From a virus (Duplodnaviria > Caudoviricetes): a DNA stretch of 55,232 nt. The translations under genes were made by a program, and so were the position numbers. The stretch lies in the IMG/VR virus record IMGVR_UViG_3300021963_000158, positions 1-55,232 of that record; one strand, 5' to 3'. How positions within the stretch are numbered: the stretch's first letter is position 1; each line of letters starts with the position of its first letter. The notes under the pieces were generated by a model, which had not been told where the DNA came from, made no database searches, and was given only the letters and a program-made list of their open reading frames with translations. Positions 26,345 through 36,426 of the stretch are shown one piece after another.

Positions 26345-26357
26345 AATAAAGTATTTA

Positions 26358-27110
26358 TTACTTACGTTCTATATCGTCTTCTGAGCAGTCTGTGCCGTAC
26401 TGTATTTCCACTATTGTGCATGGTTCTGCGTATGAATTGCTTAGTTTATGCCATTCCCCCTGTGGTACACGATAATTTTCATGAGTTTTTAGCTCTACCC
26501 CGGGTAATCTATATCCATTGGGTAAGTAGCTTTCTGCAAAAGCTCTGCCACTGCTAACATGCCAATATTCGTGTCTATTTTGATGTCGTTGTAAACTAAT
26601 ACTCTGCCCAGGGTCTAAGGTCAGTTCCTTGACTTTGGTGCCAGAAACCTCATGTAACACACGGTAATATCCCCACGTGCGCTCAGTCTTGGGTGCTTTC
26701 CACTCCTCGAGGATCCATGAACTACTATTGGCCTTAACTTCTCCACCTACACCAAAAGCAAATATAACTTCTGGTACATCCATTTCTGGAATATTATCTT
26801 CTGTACGGTCGCCGCCGTTGGCAAAAATAATATCTGCGTAAGGAAATTCACGTTTAACCCCCACTAACAAATCACGAGCCGATCCATCATCGTCATTAAA
26901 GGTCATTGTAGCGTGTACACTTTTCAATGCCCCAATTATTGTTCTACGTTCGCCAATTGGCATAAACGCACGACTTTTTTTACGCTCAAGCCAGGCGTCG
27001 CTGTTAACGCCAACAATGAGCATATCGCCCAATGTGGCGGCTGCATTAAGATACGCAATGTGTCCGCTGTGTACGGGATCAAACCCGCCTGTGCATACAA
27101 CTATTTTCAT
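26358..27110 (-). CDS. cytidylyltransferase (RfaE-like) fused to a cupin (mannose-6-phosphate isomerase type II-like)
   Basis: GGFDPVHSGH, FANGGDR; RTWGYY, SLQRH..RHEYW, EIQYG. Confidence 0.9.
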   Translation of the reverse strand: MKIVVCTGGFDPVHSGHIAYLNAAATLGDMLIVGVNSDAWLERKKSRAFMPIGERRTIIGALKSVHATMTFNDDDGSARDLLVGVKREFPYADIIFANGGDRTEDNIPEMDVPEVIFAFGVGGEVKANSSSWILEEWKAPKTERTWGYYRVLHEVSGTKVKELTLDPGQSISLQRHQNRHEYWHVSSGRAFAESYLPNGYRLPGVELKTHENYRVPQGEWHKLSNSYAEPCTIVEIQYGTDCSEDDIERK

Positions 27111-27111
27111 A

Positions 27112-27864
27112 TTAGTTTGTTATTTGATAAAGTCCACGGTCTAACCAACGCACAACTAAATCGTCTAATCGTGCATGGCCGTATTTGTTTACACTAGCCA
27201 CGAGGTAGTCATTGATTAATTTCTTTTCTGCTAGTTCATACCATGTGGTGTGTTCTGGCATAGGGTCGTAACTTGATGCGTAGACTGCGGCATACAACCA
27301 AGGACTGTTTTCTTTTCTATAAAAGTATGCATCGTTACAATCAAACCCAGATATAGCTAACAGGTATATTAAATTTAAAATATTGTAACTATAATACTGC
27401 CCGTGGTGTGTTTCAATTTGTAATCTATTATTTTTTAAGTAGGTGGTTTGCGGAACCATCATTACTAGCATACCATTGACATTTAAACTATTTTTCCAAC
27501 TTGCTAAACATTTAATAGGATTCCTGGCATACTGAAATGCATCATGACTCCATATTAAATCAACTTTCTTTGGAAGTATCTTTGCTTCAAAGTCACCTTT
27601 AAAAGGAATAACATTTTTATTTTCTAAGACATGTGGTTCAATTTTACTAATGTCTTGATCAACTGCATAGACGAGGAAGTTTCTGGGTTCCGGCGGGTCA
27701 TCTCTAGTTTGCAATGTGGCCCACCAGTGTGAGTCAAGTCCTTGACCACATCCCAGGTCGGCAATTGTTTGTATACCATCTAAAAAGCTGTCGTAGCCGT
27801 AGATTGTGTCTAACACTTCTAAACTATGTGCGTGACTGTCGTATGCGTTTTTAAATAGTGCCAT
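27112..27864 (-). CDS. SAM-dependent methyltransferase
   Basis: IADLGCGQG, DLIWSHD. Confidence 0.85.
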   Translation of the reverse strand: MALFKNAYDSHAHSLEVLDTIYGYDSFLDGIQTIADLGCGQGLDSHWWATLQTRDDPPEPRNFLVYAVDQDISKIEPHVLENKNVIPFKGDFEAKILPKKVDLIWSHDAFQYARNPIKCLASWKNSLNVNGMLVMMVPQTTYLKNNRLQIETHHGQYYSYNILNLIYLLAISGFDCNDAYFYRKENSPWLYAAVYASSYDPMPEHTTWYELAEKKLINDYLVASVNKYGHARLDDLVVRWLDRGLYQITN

Positions 27865-28102
27865 GCTTTAGTACTTCAAATATTAATTTTTCTTTTAACT
27901 GCTTTAGTCTTGGTTCAAGTTGGTGACATGCTTCGGCAATTTCAATATCTGTTCCCCATCCGCGTTGAGTGGCTAGATTATAAGCAAACGTAGCACATCT
28001 ATCTTTTTCTAATTGCACATCAACAGCATTGTGTTTTGGGCGTGCCTGCATACACAAATTAAATTCTTCTAATAAGTGGTCTGCTTGACTGTACCAGTTC
28101 AT
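27851..28102 (-). CDS. hypothetical protein
   Basis: ORF coupled to neighbouring genes. Confidence 0.65.
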   Translation of the reverse strand: MNWYSQADHLLEEFNLCMQARPKHNAVDVQLEKDRCATFAYNLATQRGWGTDIEIAEACHQLEPRLKQLKEKLIFEVLKHGTI

Positions 28103-28554
28103 TATACTATAACATCTTCCATGCCAGCAGTCCTTAGACGAACTACGTGACCAAGCATAAAGTTTTTACTCTCTATGCCTTTCATTACACCTAACCATTT
28201 GTTGCGTACCAACGCAACTTCGTTGATGATAGTTTCCATGTCGATTACTTCATCCTCAGCTTCTGCATATTTTTCAGCATCTCTGCTAGTTAATGCACGG
28301 GCATAGGCTTCAAGGTATTTTTTGTAATGGGTTTGCTTGATCTTCCGTAACTGAATATTAAGAAAATTTAATACAGCTTCAATCTCTTGTAGTTGATTAA
28401 AACGTTGTTCTGTAACGCCAGGCAAATTACTTAATGCTCGCTCAACATTACCCTGAATCTTAATTTCACCCCTGGCTAAGATAAGTTCATTTTCGTAATA
28501 GTCAATAAAGTTAGGAATCTCACCTAAGTTAGTAACAACTCTGTTATACCACAT
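28102..28554 (-). CDS. uvsY: UvsY-like recombination mediator
   Basis: YLEAYARALTSRDAEKY, RLRTAGMED; close to uvsX. Confidence 0.75.
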   Translation of the reverse strand: MWYNRVVTNLGEIPNFIDYYENELILARGEIKIQGNVERALSNLPGVTEQRFNQLQEIEAVLNFLNIQLRKIKQTHYKKYLEAYARALTSRDAEKYAEAEDEVIDMETIINEVALVRNKWLGVMKGIESKNFMLGHVVRLRTAGMEDVIV

Positions 28555-28556
28555 TG

Positions 28557-28784
28557 TTAGTCTTCGTAGTCGTAGGGTTCTTCTTCGTCGTCATCTGTTA
28601 AGTATTCCTTAAGAGCACGTTTTAGGGTGTTATTAGTGCCACCAAACTCACGCAACTCCTGGTCACCCAACATATCAACCATAATACTCATTAAATTATC
28701 TGCACATTCCTGGCGATCTTTTTGTGGAATATACTGTGACATAATAGTGTACATTTCGCTTAATACATCTACATCAATACTCAT
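28557..28784 (-). CDS. hypothetical protein
   Basis: ORF with acidic tail. Confidence 0.7.
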   Translation of the reverse strand: MSIDVDVLSEMYTIMSQYIPQKDRQECADNLMSIMVDMLGDQELREFGGTNNTLKRALKEYLTDDDEEEPYDYED

Positions 28785-30232
28785 AATGTTTTACCTTCTG
28801 CAATTAATTGTTTAACTCTACCCATGGTTATTCTACCAGCAAATAAACTTGCGTCATCAACAATACTATGTATCACAATTTGTTCTAAATCAGATTTTTC
28901 TAATAGAGTATTAATTGCTTTGAGTACGTTGCTAGAATTTCTTGTTAGTGTTTCTTTTGCTACTTTACTCAATGGATATATATTAACTACGCCATTGACA
29001 AATTCGTACATATATTCCGAATGAAATAAATCTACATCTAGAACTGATTGGATAGTATTGTTTATATCTACACTAAACACTTTATTTCCCGATATTGTAT
29101 CTAATCTCTCTCTACCCAAAAAATGGTAAACACCGTGATCATCAACTCTAACATAATCGTGTGTGCAAAAATATCCATCATTATCTAAATTTTTTGTGTA
29201 TTTGCTTTGGCTAGGTGATCGAACCCAAAGTTTGTCATCAACAATTTTAATGTCAACTCCCTTTGTAATTTTACCTAGTCCCGATGTATAAACATCGTGT
29301 TTGTTAGAAGCAATTTCTAATTCAAATAACGGACTTGCAGCTAAAAAGGTACCAAAGCAACTATAAATTTTATCCGCGCCGCAATTGAATATACTGTCCA
29401 TTAATTTTGGTGTCGGTGCGAACCCGGCTGTAAAAACTGTACATCCTTTGAATGCATTAATAGGGATTTTAAAATTTGGATGCCATTCTGTTAGCTTTAA
29501 ATGCACTTCGTAAAAGAATACTTTGGTAAAAATATTTCTACAAGCAAGAAATACCACATCAAAAAATCCATTAAGTGTGTATAACATTGCACCTGCAAAC
29601 AATGGACCTAACACCGTTTGTGTTATCAGTCCGATGTGCGTAATGCCATTCATTGCACCGAATCTGTCTTCGGTATTATACATATGAGTGCATAGTAACC
29701 CGCCGTGCATAAATCTTCCGGATGTGTGTGCAATTTTAGAATCAGGGAAACCATTGATTTCACCTGTGATCAAATCTGCGTCCGGATTAATTAAGTTGGG
29801 TACATAGGTAGGCATTGTAGATTCAAAATCTTGGGTGATATCTGCTTCATTTAAAACATATAACGGTATACCATTTAATGGTCCTCGATTTGGGTCACGT
29901 TGGTCAAACCAATCTGATTCAAAAAACGGATTGATAAAATGCATATCTGCGCCTGCAGATCTACGTAGGAACGCCTCGGGTCCATCAATCAAGTTTGATG
30001 TTGCAATTAACACACCACATTCAGCTGATGCAAAAAATAATGCAATAGTATCAATGCTAGGGTTGCTAGCAATCAAAATAGTTTTGTGGTTATGTTTCTT
30101 TAAATAATTTTTCCAATATTGTACTCGATTAAGAAAATATTGTTTATCTCGTTTAATAAATTTTAAATCCACAATAGATGCATTGTTGTGGATTAACTCA
30201 GCCGATGTAAACGGCTTTGTTGTATCTATCAT
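28781..30232 (-). CDS. divergent AMP-binding (acyl-CoA synthetase-like) protein
   Basis: LWVRSP, GYFCTHDYVRVDDHGVYHFLGR resemble adenylation motifs A6-A8. Confidence 0.6.
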   Translation of the reverse strand: MIDTTKPFTSAELIHNNASIVDLKFIKRDKQYFLNRVQYWKNYLKKHNHKTILIASNPSIDTIALFFASAECGVLIATSNLIDGPEAFLRRSAGADMHFINPFFESDWFDQRDPNRGPLNGIPLYVLNEADITQDFESTMPTYVPNLINPDADLITGEINGFPDSKIAHTSGRFMHGGLLCTHMYNTEDRFGAMNGITHIGLITQTVLGPLFAGAMLYTLNGFFDVVFLACRNIFTKVFFYEVHLKLTEWHPNFKIPINAFKGCTVFTAGFAPTPKLMDSIFNCGADKIYSCFGTFLAASPLFELEIASNKHDVYTSGLGKITKGVDIKIVDDKLWVRSPSQSKYTKNLDNDGYFCTHDYVRVDDHGVYHFLGRERLDTISGNKVFSVDINNTIQSVLDVDLFHSEYMYEFVNGVVNIYPLSKVAKETLTRNSSNVLKAINTLLEKSDLEQIVIHSIVDDASLFAGRITMGRVKQLIAEGKTL

Positions 30233-31308
30233 TCTTCTTCCTTATCTATCACCGGCTCTTCTACATTAGTTGTTTTATCAAACATGTGTGGGTTAGAAGT
30301 AATATTTGCCATTACAGTATCCAAACATCCGTCATCATTGCGTTCCCAACCTTTACGGAACTTCTTAATAATCTCGCCTTCGGCTGTTGTGTAAAGCAAG
30401 CTGTTACCTTCTTTCTTTAACAGTCCTTTAGCTTCAATCAGGTCAGTTAGACCCGAATAAGGGTTCATTCCTGTTTCGTATGGGATCTTAACTTGTACGC
30501 TTTCAAACGGTTTAGCATAACGTGTTTTCATGATTTTACATGCGGCACGGATACCTTTGACTTCAGAAATCTTGTTGCCATCCTCATCTTCCTTGAGCTT
30601 TAGTTTACGCATAGCAACCACGATAGAACTTGCATAGATGAAACCTTGTCCACCACTAATCTTGTCATCTGGGTCAAACATATCTTGACTAGCGTATGTA
30701 TGGTTGGTTGCGACCAACCCCAGATTCAAATCACCAAACATGTTTACGCAATTACGAACTAATGCTGTAAGTGCTTTGGGCTTACGACCCATGTCACCTT
30801 TCATGTCACCTGCATTAAACTGGTTAACGTCAGTTGGCGTCAACAACATGCCCAAAGAGTCAAGCACAAACAAAATCTTAGGGCGGCCTTCTTCAGGCAA
30901 CGTTTTATATTCTTTAACAAACTCGCTGATCATTTTAGCAACATCGTCAATCATCGCCATGTTCAACTTTAGTAGTTTGTCCTCGCTTGTATCAACGTTC
31001 AATGCGTGTAACCACTTTTCATCTAGGGCGTTTTCTGTGTCAATTAAGATAGGAAAGATTCCTTGCTTTTGTGCATTGGCAACCAAGTTACCAGAACAAA
31101 TAAAGCTCTTGCCTGCCCCTGACTCGCCGGCGAATACAGTGACCTTGCCTAGCGGAATTCCTTTGTTAAAGTCCCCACTGATCAAATAGTTTAGTGCAAA
31201 GTTGTTTGTTGAGACCCAATCAGTTGGGTCATTAAACCCCACACTAAGTCCTTCAATTGATTTTGTAATGCTTTTACGAAATTTGCTTACGTCAAATGGT
31301 TTTGCCAT
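30229..31308 (-). CDS. uvsX: RecA-like recombinase UvsX
   Basis: AGESGAGKS, IDTENA, VLDSLG, TNHTY, SGGQG. Confidence 0.95.
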   Translation of the reverse strand: MAKPFDVSKFRKSITKSIEGLSVGFNDPTDWVSTNNFALNYLISGDFNKGIPLGKVTVFAGESGAGKSFICSGNLVANAQKQGIFPILIDTENALDEKWLHALNVDTSEDKLLKLNMAMIDDVAKMISEFVKEYKTLPEEGRPKILFVLDSLGMLLTPTDVNQFNAGDMKGDMGRKPKALTALVRNCVNMFGDLNLGLVATNHTYASQDMFDPDDKISGGQGFIYASSIVVAMRKLKLKEDEDGNKISEVKGIRAACKIMKTRYAKPFESVQVKIPYETGMNPYSGLTDLIEAKGLLKKEGNSLLYTTAEGEIIKKFRKGWERNDDGCLDTVMANITSNPHMFDKTTNVEEPVIDKEEE

Positions 31309-31325
31309 GATAATTTTCCTTTAAT

Positions 31326-32606
31326 TTAAATTTTGTATGTTTGAGATTTATCAACATAATAATATTGAACGGTAGCAAGATTGCTAAAATTCAATAATTC
31401 CCGAGTCAGTGTGTCTTGCATGCTACAAAACTTTTCGTACACATATTCTCTATAAGTTAGAACTTGTAGACAATTATTTTCAACTTTAATTTCAAAATCA
31501 GACATGCCAATGTTAGTATCCAGTACTGTGCCACATAAAAATTCTTCTATATCGCTGATATAAAGATTGTTGATTTTTTCTTTCCCTTTTAATACCAATT
31601 GTCCATTTGTGTTATCGACAACGTTCTTAGTATTATGCCACAAATCATCCGACTTGTCAAGATATTTGATTAACAATTCATTGTCCTGATTCAGAGTGTA
31701 GTCAATACCTGGTATCAATGTCCCTAATGTACGCGAATACAAATCAGATTTTGATGAAGAAATTTCGTTTACAAATAGTGGTGCAATATCCGCAACAAAT
31801 ATAGTCTGTATCTTTTGTGCGCCCCGCATTAATGCCCAATCCAATACATCCGGTGGGGGGAGTTTTCCGGTTGTCATCATAGTAGTATTGTTAAATTCGA
31901 ATGCAAAAGATTTCTTACCAAACGGACTAAACTTGTTTATGTTTTGTTCCATTAGGCAGAGTGTATGTAAATGCATTGGGTACAGTCCGACAACATCAAC
32001 AATACCTTTATATAGTAGACTACTTAAATCTATTAGATGAGCACAGGCATAAATGTTAGTTCCCGCTAATACAGGGGATAGCAACCATACTGCATTAGTT
32101 TTTAAGTTACTTATGTGTTGGATAGTAGCAATATTTTGTCCTATGCTAAAAAGACTCTTACCTAATAGTCCTGCATAGATAAACTCTCCTACTGTATATA
32201 CATCTGTTCCATTGATAATAAATGGTGCTTGTATATCTATTTCATTTTCTTTATAACTATTTCCATGATAGCCTAATTGCAAATTGTCAGCTATTAATAC
32301 AGATTTTGAATTTCTATCATTGTGTACCTGTTTCTTGCAGTAACCAATTATAGCCATATCAACACTAGCAGTTACTGAGTGATGCTCTGTGATGTTTATT
32401 GATATTGATTTTTCAAAACATGCAAACATAATAGCAGTTTGTGTTATTCCTTGATAACACAATAGATTCACTGACGTAACTCGATGCTGTGTAAAGTAAT
32501 CTTTCCAATACTGTATACGTTGTAATAGTTCGGTCTTATCCACCGTGATATAATTAAAATCATATACTGTAGTGCTAGTATGAATTAACGTATTACTTGA
32601 GAGCAT
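31326..32606 (-). CDS. highly divergent AMP-binding-fold protein, paralog of 28781-30232
   Basis: shared RIQYWKDY/RVQYWKNY, LSPVLAG/LGPLFAG, PLF; start revised to MLSSN. Confidence 0.5.
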   Translation of the reverse strand: MLSSNTLIHTSTTVYDFNYITVDKTELLQRIQYWKDYFTQHRVTSVNLLCYQGITQTAIMFACFEKSISINITEHHSVTASVDMAIIGYCKKQVHNDRNSKSVLIADNLQLGYHGNSYKENEIDIQAPFIINGTDVYTVGEFIYAGLLGKSLFSIGQNIATIQHISNLKTNAVWLLSPVLAGTNIYACAHLIDLSSLLYKGIVDVVGLYPMHLHTLCLMEQNINKFSPFGKKSFAFEFNNTTMMTTGKLPPPDVLDWALMRGAQKIQTIFVADIAPLFVNEISSSKSDLYSRTLGTLIPGIDYTLNQDNELLIKYLDKSDDLWHNTKNVVDNTNGQLVLKGKEKINNLYISDIEEFLCGTVLDTNIGMSDFEIKVENNCLQVLTYREYVYEKFCSMQDTLTRELLNFSNLATVQYYYVDKSQTYKI

Positions 32607-33741
32607 ATAATTCTTTAAAAATTTTACTACTATCAAGGTGTCTGCGTTGATCTAATTTAGAAAGTTCATTAAATGATGCTGGTAAATTCTTTGTCCATGG
32701 CTCATCTAAGTATGATAGAATGTTTCTATAACTGTTCTCTAATAGAAACCCGGGTCCAAGATCAATGCGCCTGGCAAATTCTTGTTTGAGTTCATTTATC
32801 GTTCCAATTGGTAAGTTGCGTACATTAAGATATTCTGGCGTGACAATTCCGCCGATGATAAAACTATTATTATGAAAACCTAACCCTTGTAGGTACTCAA
32901 CACAGTCAAACAAACTGCGATAGTTTAACAAAAAATAAAGCATATTGAAACTTATCTTATGATTAAGACTCTTGATAATTGTTAGGCTGTCAAGAAAGTC
33001 TGTCCAAGATCCACCATAACGAATGTATTCATACTCTGCTTCTATGGTTTCTAAACTAACTGTCCAGTGTACGTTTTTAAACTGGCAGACTAAGTCAAAT
33101 ACTCGTGTATCTGTTTTACTTAGGTTGCTGTTAATTCGTAGGTTAACCGCGGGATTAGTTTTAAGTAATCGTTCCAGTAGTTCTACATTCTCTTTCATTA
33201 ATAATGGTTCGCCGCCAGCAAGGTACACATGGTTTAATTGTGCAGAACGTTCAAATATATAATCTTTAAATGTGTCACGCTGTGCTTCTGTAGGGGTTTC
33301 TTGCTGTATGTTTAACTCACTGGCCCATTTACTGCTAAATCTAGGAAAACAATATACGCAGGCAAAGTTACATAGATTAGTCCAACGTATATCAGTCTTA
33401 TGTAAATCAAATGTATTTGGACTATCATACAATGTGCGATCTACGTGTTTCATTTCTTTCAGATAGAATACGCGGTCACTGATTATATCAAAACTACGTT
33501 CATTCTTTTCTAAAGTATAACAAGTATCGCAGGTAGCGCAGGCTTCACCTGAGCGCATCTGCGTCTTATTCATTGTGTTAACGGCGCCAATGACAATTTC
33601 TTCTATGCTGTTATCTTTAATATTACCTATCTCTCCTGTGCTACGAATACAGTTCTTAACTGCACCATCATAGTTGTACATGAGCCCAGTCCACGGAATG
33701 GGACAAAAGTTTTTATTGGTTAAGTATTCTTTACTCTCCAT
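32593..33741 (-). CDS. radical SAM/SPASM (twitch) protein
   Basis: FCPIPW, CNFACVYC, GGEPLL. Confidence 0.9.
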   Translation of the reverse strand: MESKEYLTNKNFCPIPWTGLMYNYDGAVKNCIRSTGEIGNIKDNSIEEIVIGAVNTMNKTQMRSGEACATCDTCYTLEKNERSFDIISDRVFYLKEMKHVDRTLYDSPNTFDLHKTDIRWTNLCNFACVYCFPRFSSKWASELNIQQETPTEAQRDTFKDYIFERSAQLNHVYLAGGEPLLMKENVELLERLLKTNPAVNLRINSNLSKTDTRVFDLVCQFKNVHWTVSLETIEAEYEYIRYGGSWTDFLDSLTIIKSLNHKISFNMLYFLLNYRSLFDCVEYLQGLGFHNNSFIIGGIVTPEYLNVRNLPIGTINELKQEFARRIDLGPGFLLENSYRNILSYLDEPWTKNLPASFNELSKLDQRRHLDSSKIFKELYALK

Positions 33742-34729
33742 AATAAACTTTTCTATAATCTTGTTCTATGTCGATGTTACGTAAAGCATTTTGTTCTACC
33801 AGATGCTTTTCAAATGTATCCGAATTATCTTCACCAACAGCAATGTGCTCAGCAATAGGATGATTACCTAGTTTGTCTTTAGCCTTTAGTGTTAGGCCGT
33901 TTTTATGTTTGACACTAAGAACATCGGGGCTGTGTAATAATGCATAAGAATGATTAAACTCATATTTCTTAACAAAGTCAAAAATTTCTATTAGGTTACA
34001 AACATTCAATACGCTAACTGTGGTCCACAAATTTAAATCATGCAAGTCCATGGACTTATATGTCATTAGGTTATTATAAAACTTATCCCATTTAATAGGC
34101 CAACGTAGATAATCATGGTATTCATTGATGCCATCCAAACTTACTGTTACTGTAACTTGTACTCTGCGATCTATAATTGACTGTAACTCGGGCATAGCAA
34201 TACTGCAATTTGTGTTGATACGAATTGATTGTACATTTGCAGGAAGGTTAGCTAGAACTTGTTTGTAATTTTTACTGGCACTAGGCTCGCCACCATTAAT
34301 ATCTAAATGTGTTATCCTATCCTGTGGTAATTGCCAAAACTTATTAGTGTTATCAATGATTGGATATTCTTTACCATATAGACTACCAATTTTTGTACTA
34401 CAATTAGGATTACAAGTTTGACAACCACTATTACATATATTGTCTAAGACTCCGCCCACACATAGATAATCTTTTTTCTCTTGTGTTAAGTCAAACTCAA
34501 CAGCATTTAATCTAATGCTTGTTTTATTAATTTGCTCAGTTTGTTGACAACGAATACACTCTGGCGGGAATGTACCATTTAGGAACGAATGCTCTAAATT
34601 ACGTTGCCACCCACTGTCGTTCATTTCTTCAATCGAATCGAACTGCGGAGGTGCGACCATATGACCGCATCTGCTTACTCGGCCGCTGGGGTTTAATCTT
34701 ACAAAATGCTTTATTCTAGGACACCACAT
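33731..34729 (-). CDS. radical SAM protein
   Basis: CNSGCQTC, GGEPS, N-terminal Cys cluster. Confidence 0.88.
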   Translation of the reverse strand: MWCPRIKHFVRLNPSGRVSRCGHMVAPPQFDSIEEMNDSGWQRNLEHSFLNGTFPPECIRCQQTEQINKTSIRLNAVEFDLTQEKKDYLCVGGVLDNICNSGCQTCNPNCSTKIGSLYGKEYPIIDNTNKFWQLPQDRITHLDINGGEPSASKNYKQVLANLPANVQSIRINTNCSIAMPELQSIIDRRVQVTVTVSLDGINEYHDYLRWPIKWDKFYNNLMTYKSMDLHDLNLWTTVSVLNVCNLIEIFDFVKKYEFNHSYALLHSPDVLSVKHKNGLTLKAKDKLGNHPIAEHIAVGEDNSDTFEKHLVEQNALRNIDIEQDYRKVYYGE

Positions 34730-35328
34730 AAATCAATTGAACGCTGTATTACTTCTTTATATACCATTGGGTATTCTGATTTAATTGTACCAACAATTTC
34801 GTCAAAGCTCACCGTTTTACCTAATAAATTATTAATTAAAACTTTGTCTATTTCTAAATAGAAATGCACTTTGTCGTTGTTTTCAAAATACTCAACTAGT
34901 TCAGGGTCAGGTTCAGATTGATTTCTAACTTCTGAGGTTATTGTACTTACGTAATGCAATGGCTTGATAGTTATCTTTGCTGTAGTATATCTACGTAAAT
35001 TAACTAGCCAATGAAACTGGGGGCAAAAGTGTCTATTTAAAAATAAATGATTCTCAACAAAGTGTAGTGCAGTTGTTCTATGCAATTTAGGATCTAATGT
35101 ATCCAAGTACGTTTGTACCCCAGATATAAATCTTTCAAATGGATTTCTAACTAGCACTTCGACTTCGTTTATTCCCTGTATTTCATCTTGATTGAGGAGT
35201 CGAAGGCCAGAGTTCATTAAAGAACTACTGGCATTTTTGAAAATCGGATAGATGTACCGCTGTGACGGAACTATTTCTAGTACATCACAACGGTCCGGGA
35301 ATATAATGTTATCTAATTGCGATAACAT
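34711..35328 (-). CDS. sulfotransferase family 2-like protein
   Basis: IFKNASSS, VRNPFERFISG, HFCPQ. Confidence 0.7.
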   Translation of the reverse strand: MLSQLDNIIFPDRCDVLEIVPSQRYIYPIFKNASSSLMNSGLRLLNQDEIQGINEVEVLVRNPFERFISGVQTYLDTLDPKLHRTTALHFVENHLFLNRHFCPQFHWLVNLRRYTTAKITIKPLHYVSTITSEVRNQSEPDPELVEYFENNDKVHFYLEIDKVLINNLLGKTVSFDEIVGTIKSEYPMVYKEVIQRSIDLCGVLE

Positions 35329-35335
35329 CGGAGTC

Positions 35336-36319
35336 TTACTGCTTACGGTTTCGAATCATTGCCAAGATATCCTCAGCACGTTGATTTGATGGTTTAGCTT
35401 GAACTGGTGCTGTAGGAGCAGGAGTTTCATCCACATCAAATGGTGGGATGTCGTCTTCTGTGACTACCGGAGCCTTAGCCACTGGAGCAGGGGCACTGGC
35501 TGTGCTGTCTGCAGCAGGCTTGTTGCTTTGGAAGCCCGCAGGCTTAAAGTATGCACCCCACTTGTCAGCGTCGTATGCTTGGCCATCCACAGATGCTTCA
35601 AACATCTCTTTCATAACCTTCAACTCTACATCGCTGGGCTTCTTGGGCAAGAAGTCTGCCAGGTCATACAATCCAAACTTCTCAATTGCTTCTGCTTCAT
35701 CGGCAGTTACAGCAGTTTCTTTACGTGCCCATGTGCTGGTGTTGTAATCAGCATACCCGCCTTTGCTGGTCTTCTTAATAGAGAAGTCCAAGCCCGCGGC
35801 ATAATCTGTTGGGAGGTTTTCCATTTCTGGGTCCATCAATGCGTTCTTGATCAAGTTAAAGATCTGTGGGCTAATGATGAAACGACGAATTGGATTCTCT
35901 GGTGTCTTGTCATCTGACAATGGATTGTCATGTACAAACCCTTGGAACAAGTAACTACGTTTCTTCCAATACTTACGACCCATTTCTTCGAGATTGGGAT
36001 CTTTAAACCAGGTGCGAACCTCTGCAAGAATTGGGCAGGACTCTCCCCACATTTCAACACATGGTACTTGTACAATCACAGGCTTACTGTCAGACTGGCC
36101 TTTGATGCCAGCAAACGGAAGTTTGATCATTGCACGTTCAACCCAGAAGAAAGAATTCTTTGAGTTTGCGTCAGGTAGAAACCGTACGCGAGCTGTTGTG
36201 TTTTCGGGAATATTCCAGTGAGCGTAAATGGCGTTATCGCCTTGCCCTTGTGAGTCACCGCTTTTGCGGCCTTCTGATGCTTGTAGTTTTGCGCGAATCT
36301 CTGCTAATGTCATTGCCAT
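35336..36319 (-). CDS. single-stranded DNA-binding protein (T4 gp32-like)
   Basis: VRFLPD, CPIL, YWKKRSY, GGYADY. Confidence 0.9.
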   Translation of the reverse strand: MAMTLAEIRAKLQASEGRKSGDSQGQGDNAIYAHWNIPENTTARVRFLPDANSKNSFFWVERAMIKLPFAGIKGQSDSKPVIVQVPCVEMWGESCPILAEVRTWFKDPNLEEMGRKYWKKRSYLFQGFVHDNPLSDDKTPENPIRRFIISPQIFNLIKNALMDPEMENLPTDYAAGLDFSIKKTSKGGYADYNTSTWARKETAVTADEAEAIEKFGLYDLADFLPKKPSDVELKVMKEMFEASVDGQAYDADKWGAYFKPAGFQSNKPAADSTASAPAPVAKAPVVTEDDIPPFDVDETPAPTAPVQAKPSNQRAEDILAMIRNRKQ

Positions 36320-36426
36320 GATATATGTCCTTTATAAATTAAGATGGTCTTTTTGTGTGCCTGAATGTATACAGCACTCTCGCAGTATACAATACTATTT
36401 ATCTAAATCCTAGAGATTTGGTAAAT

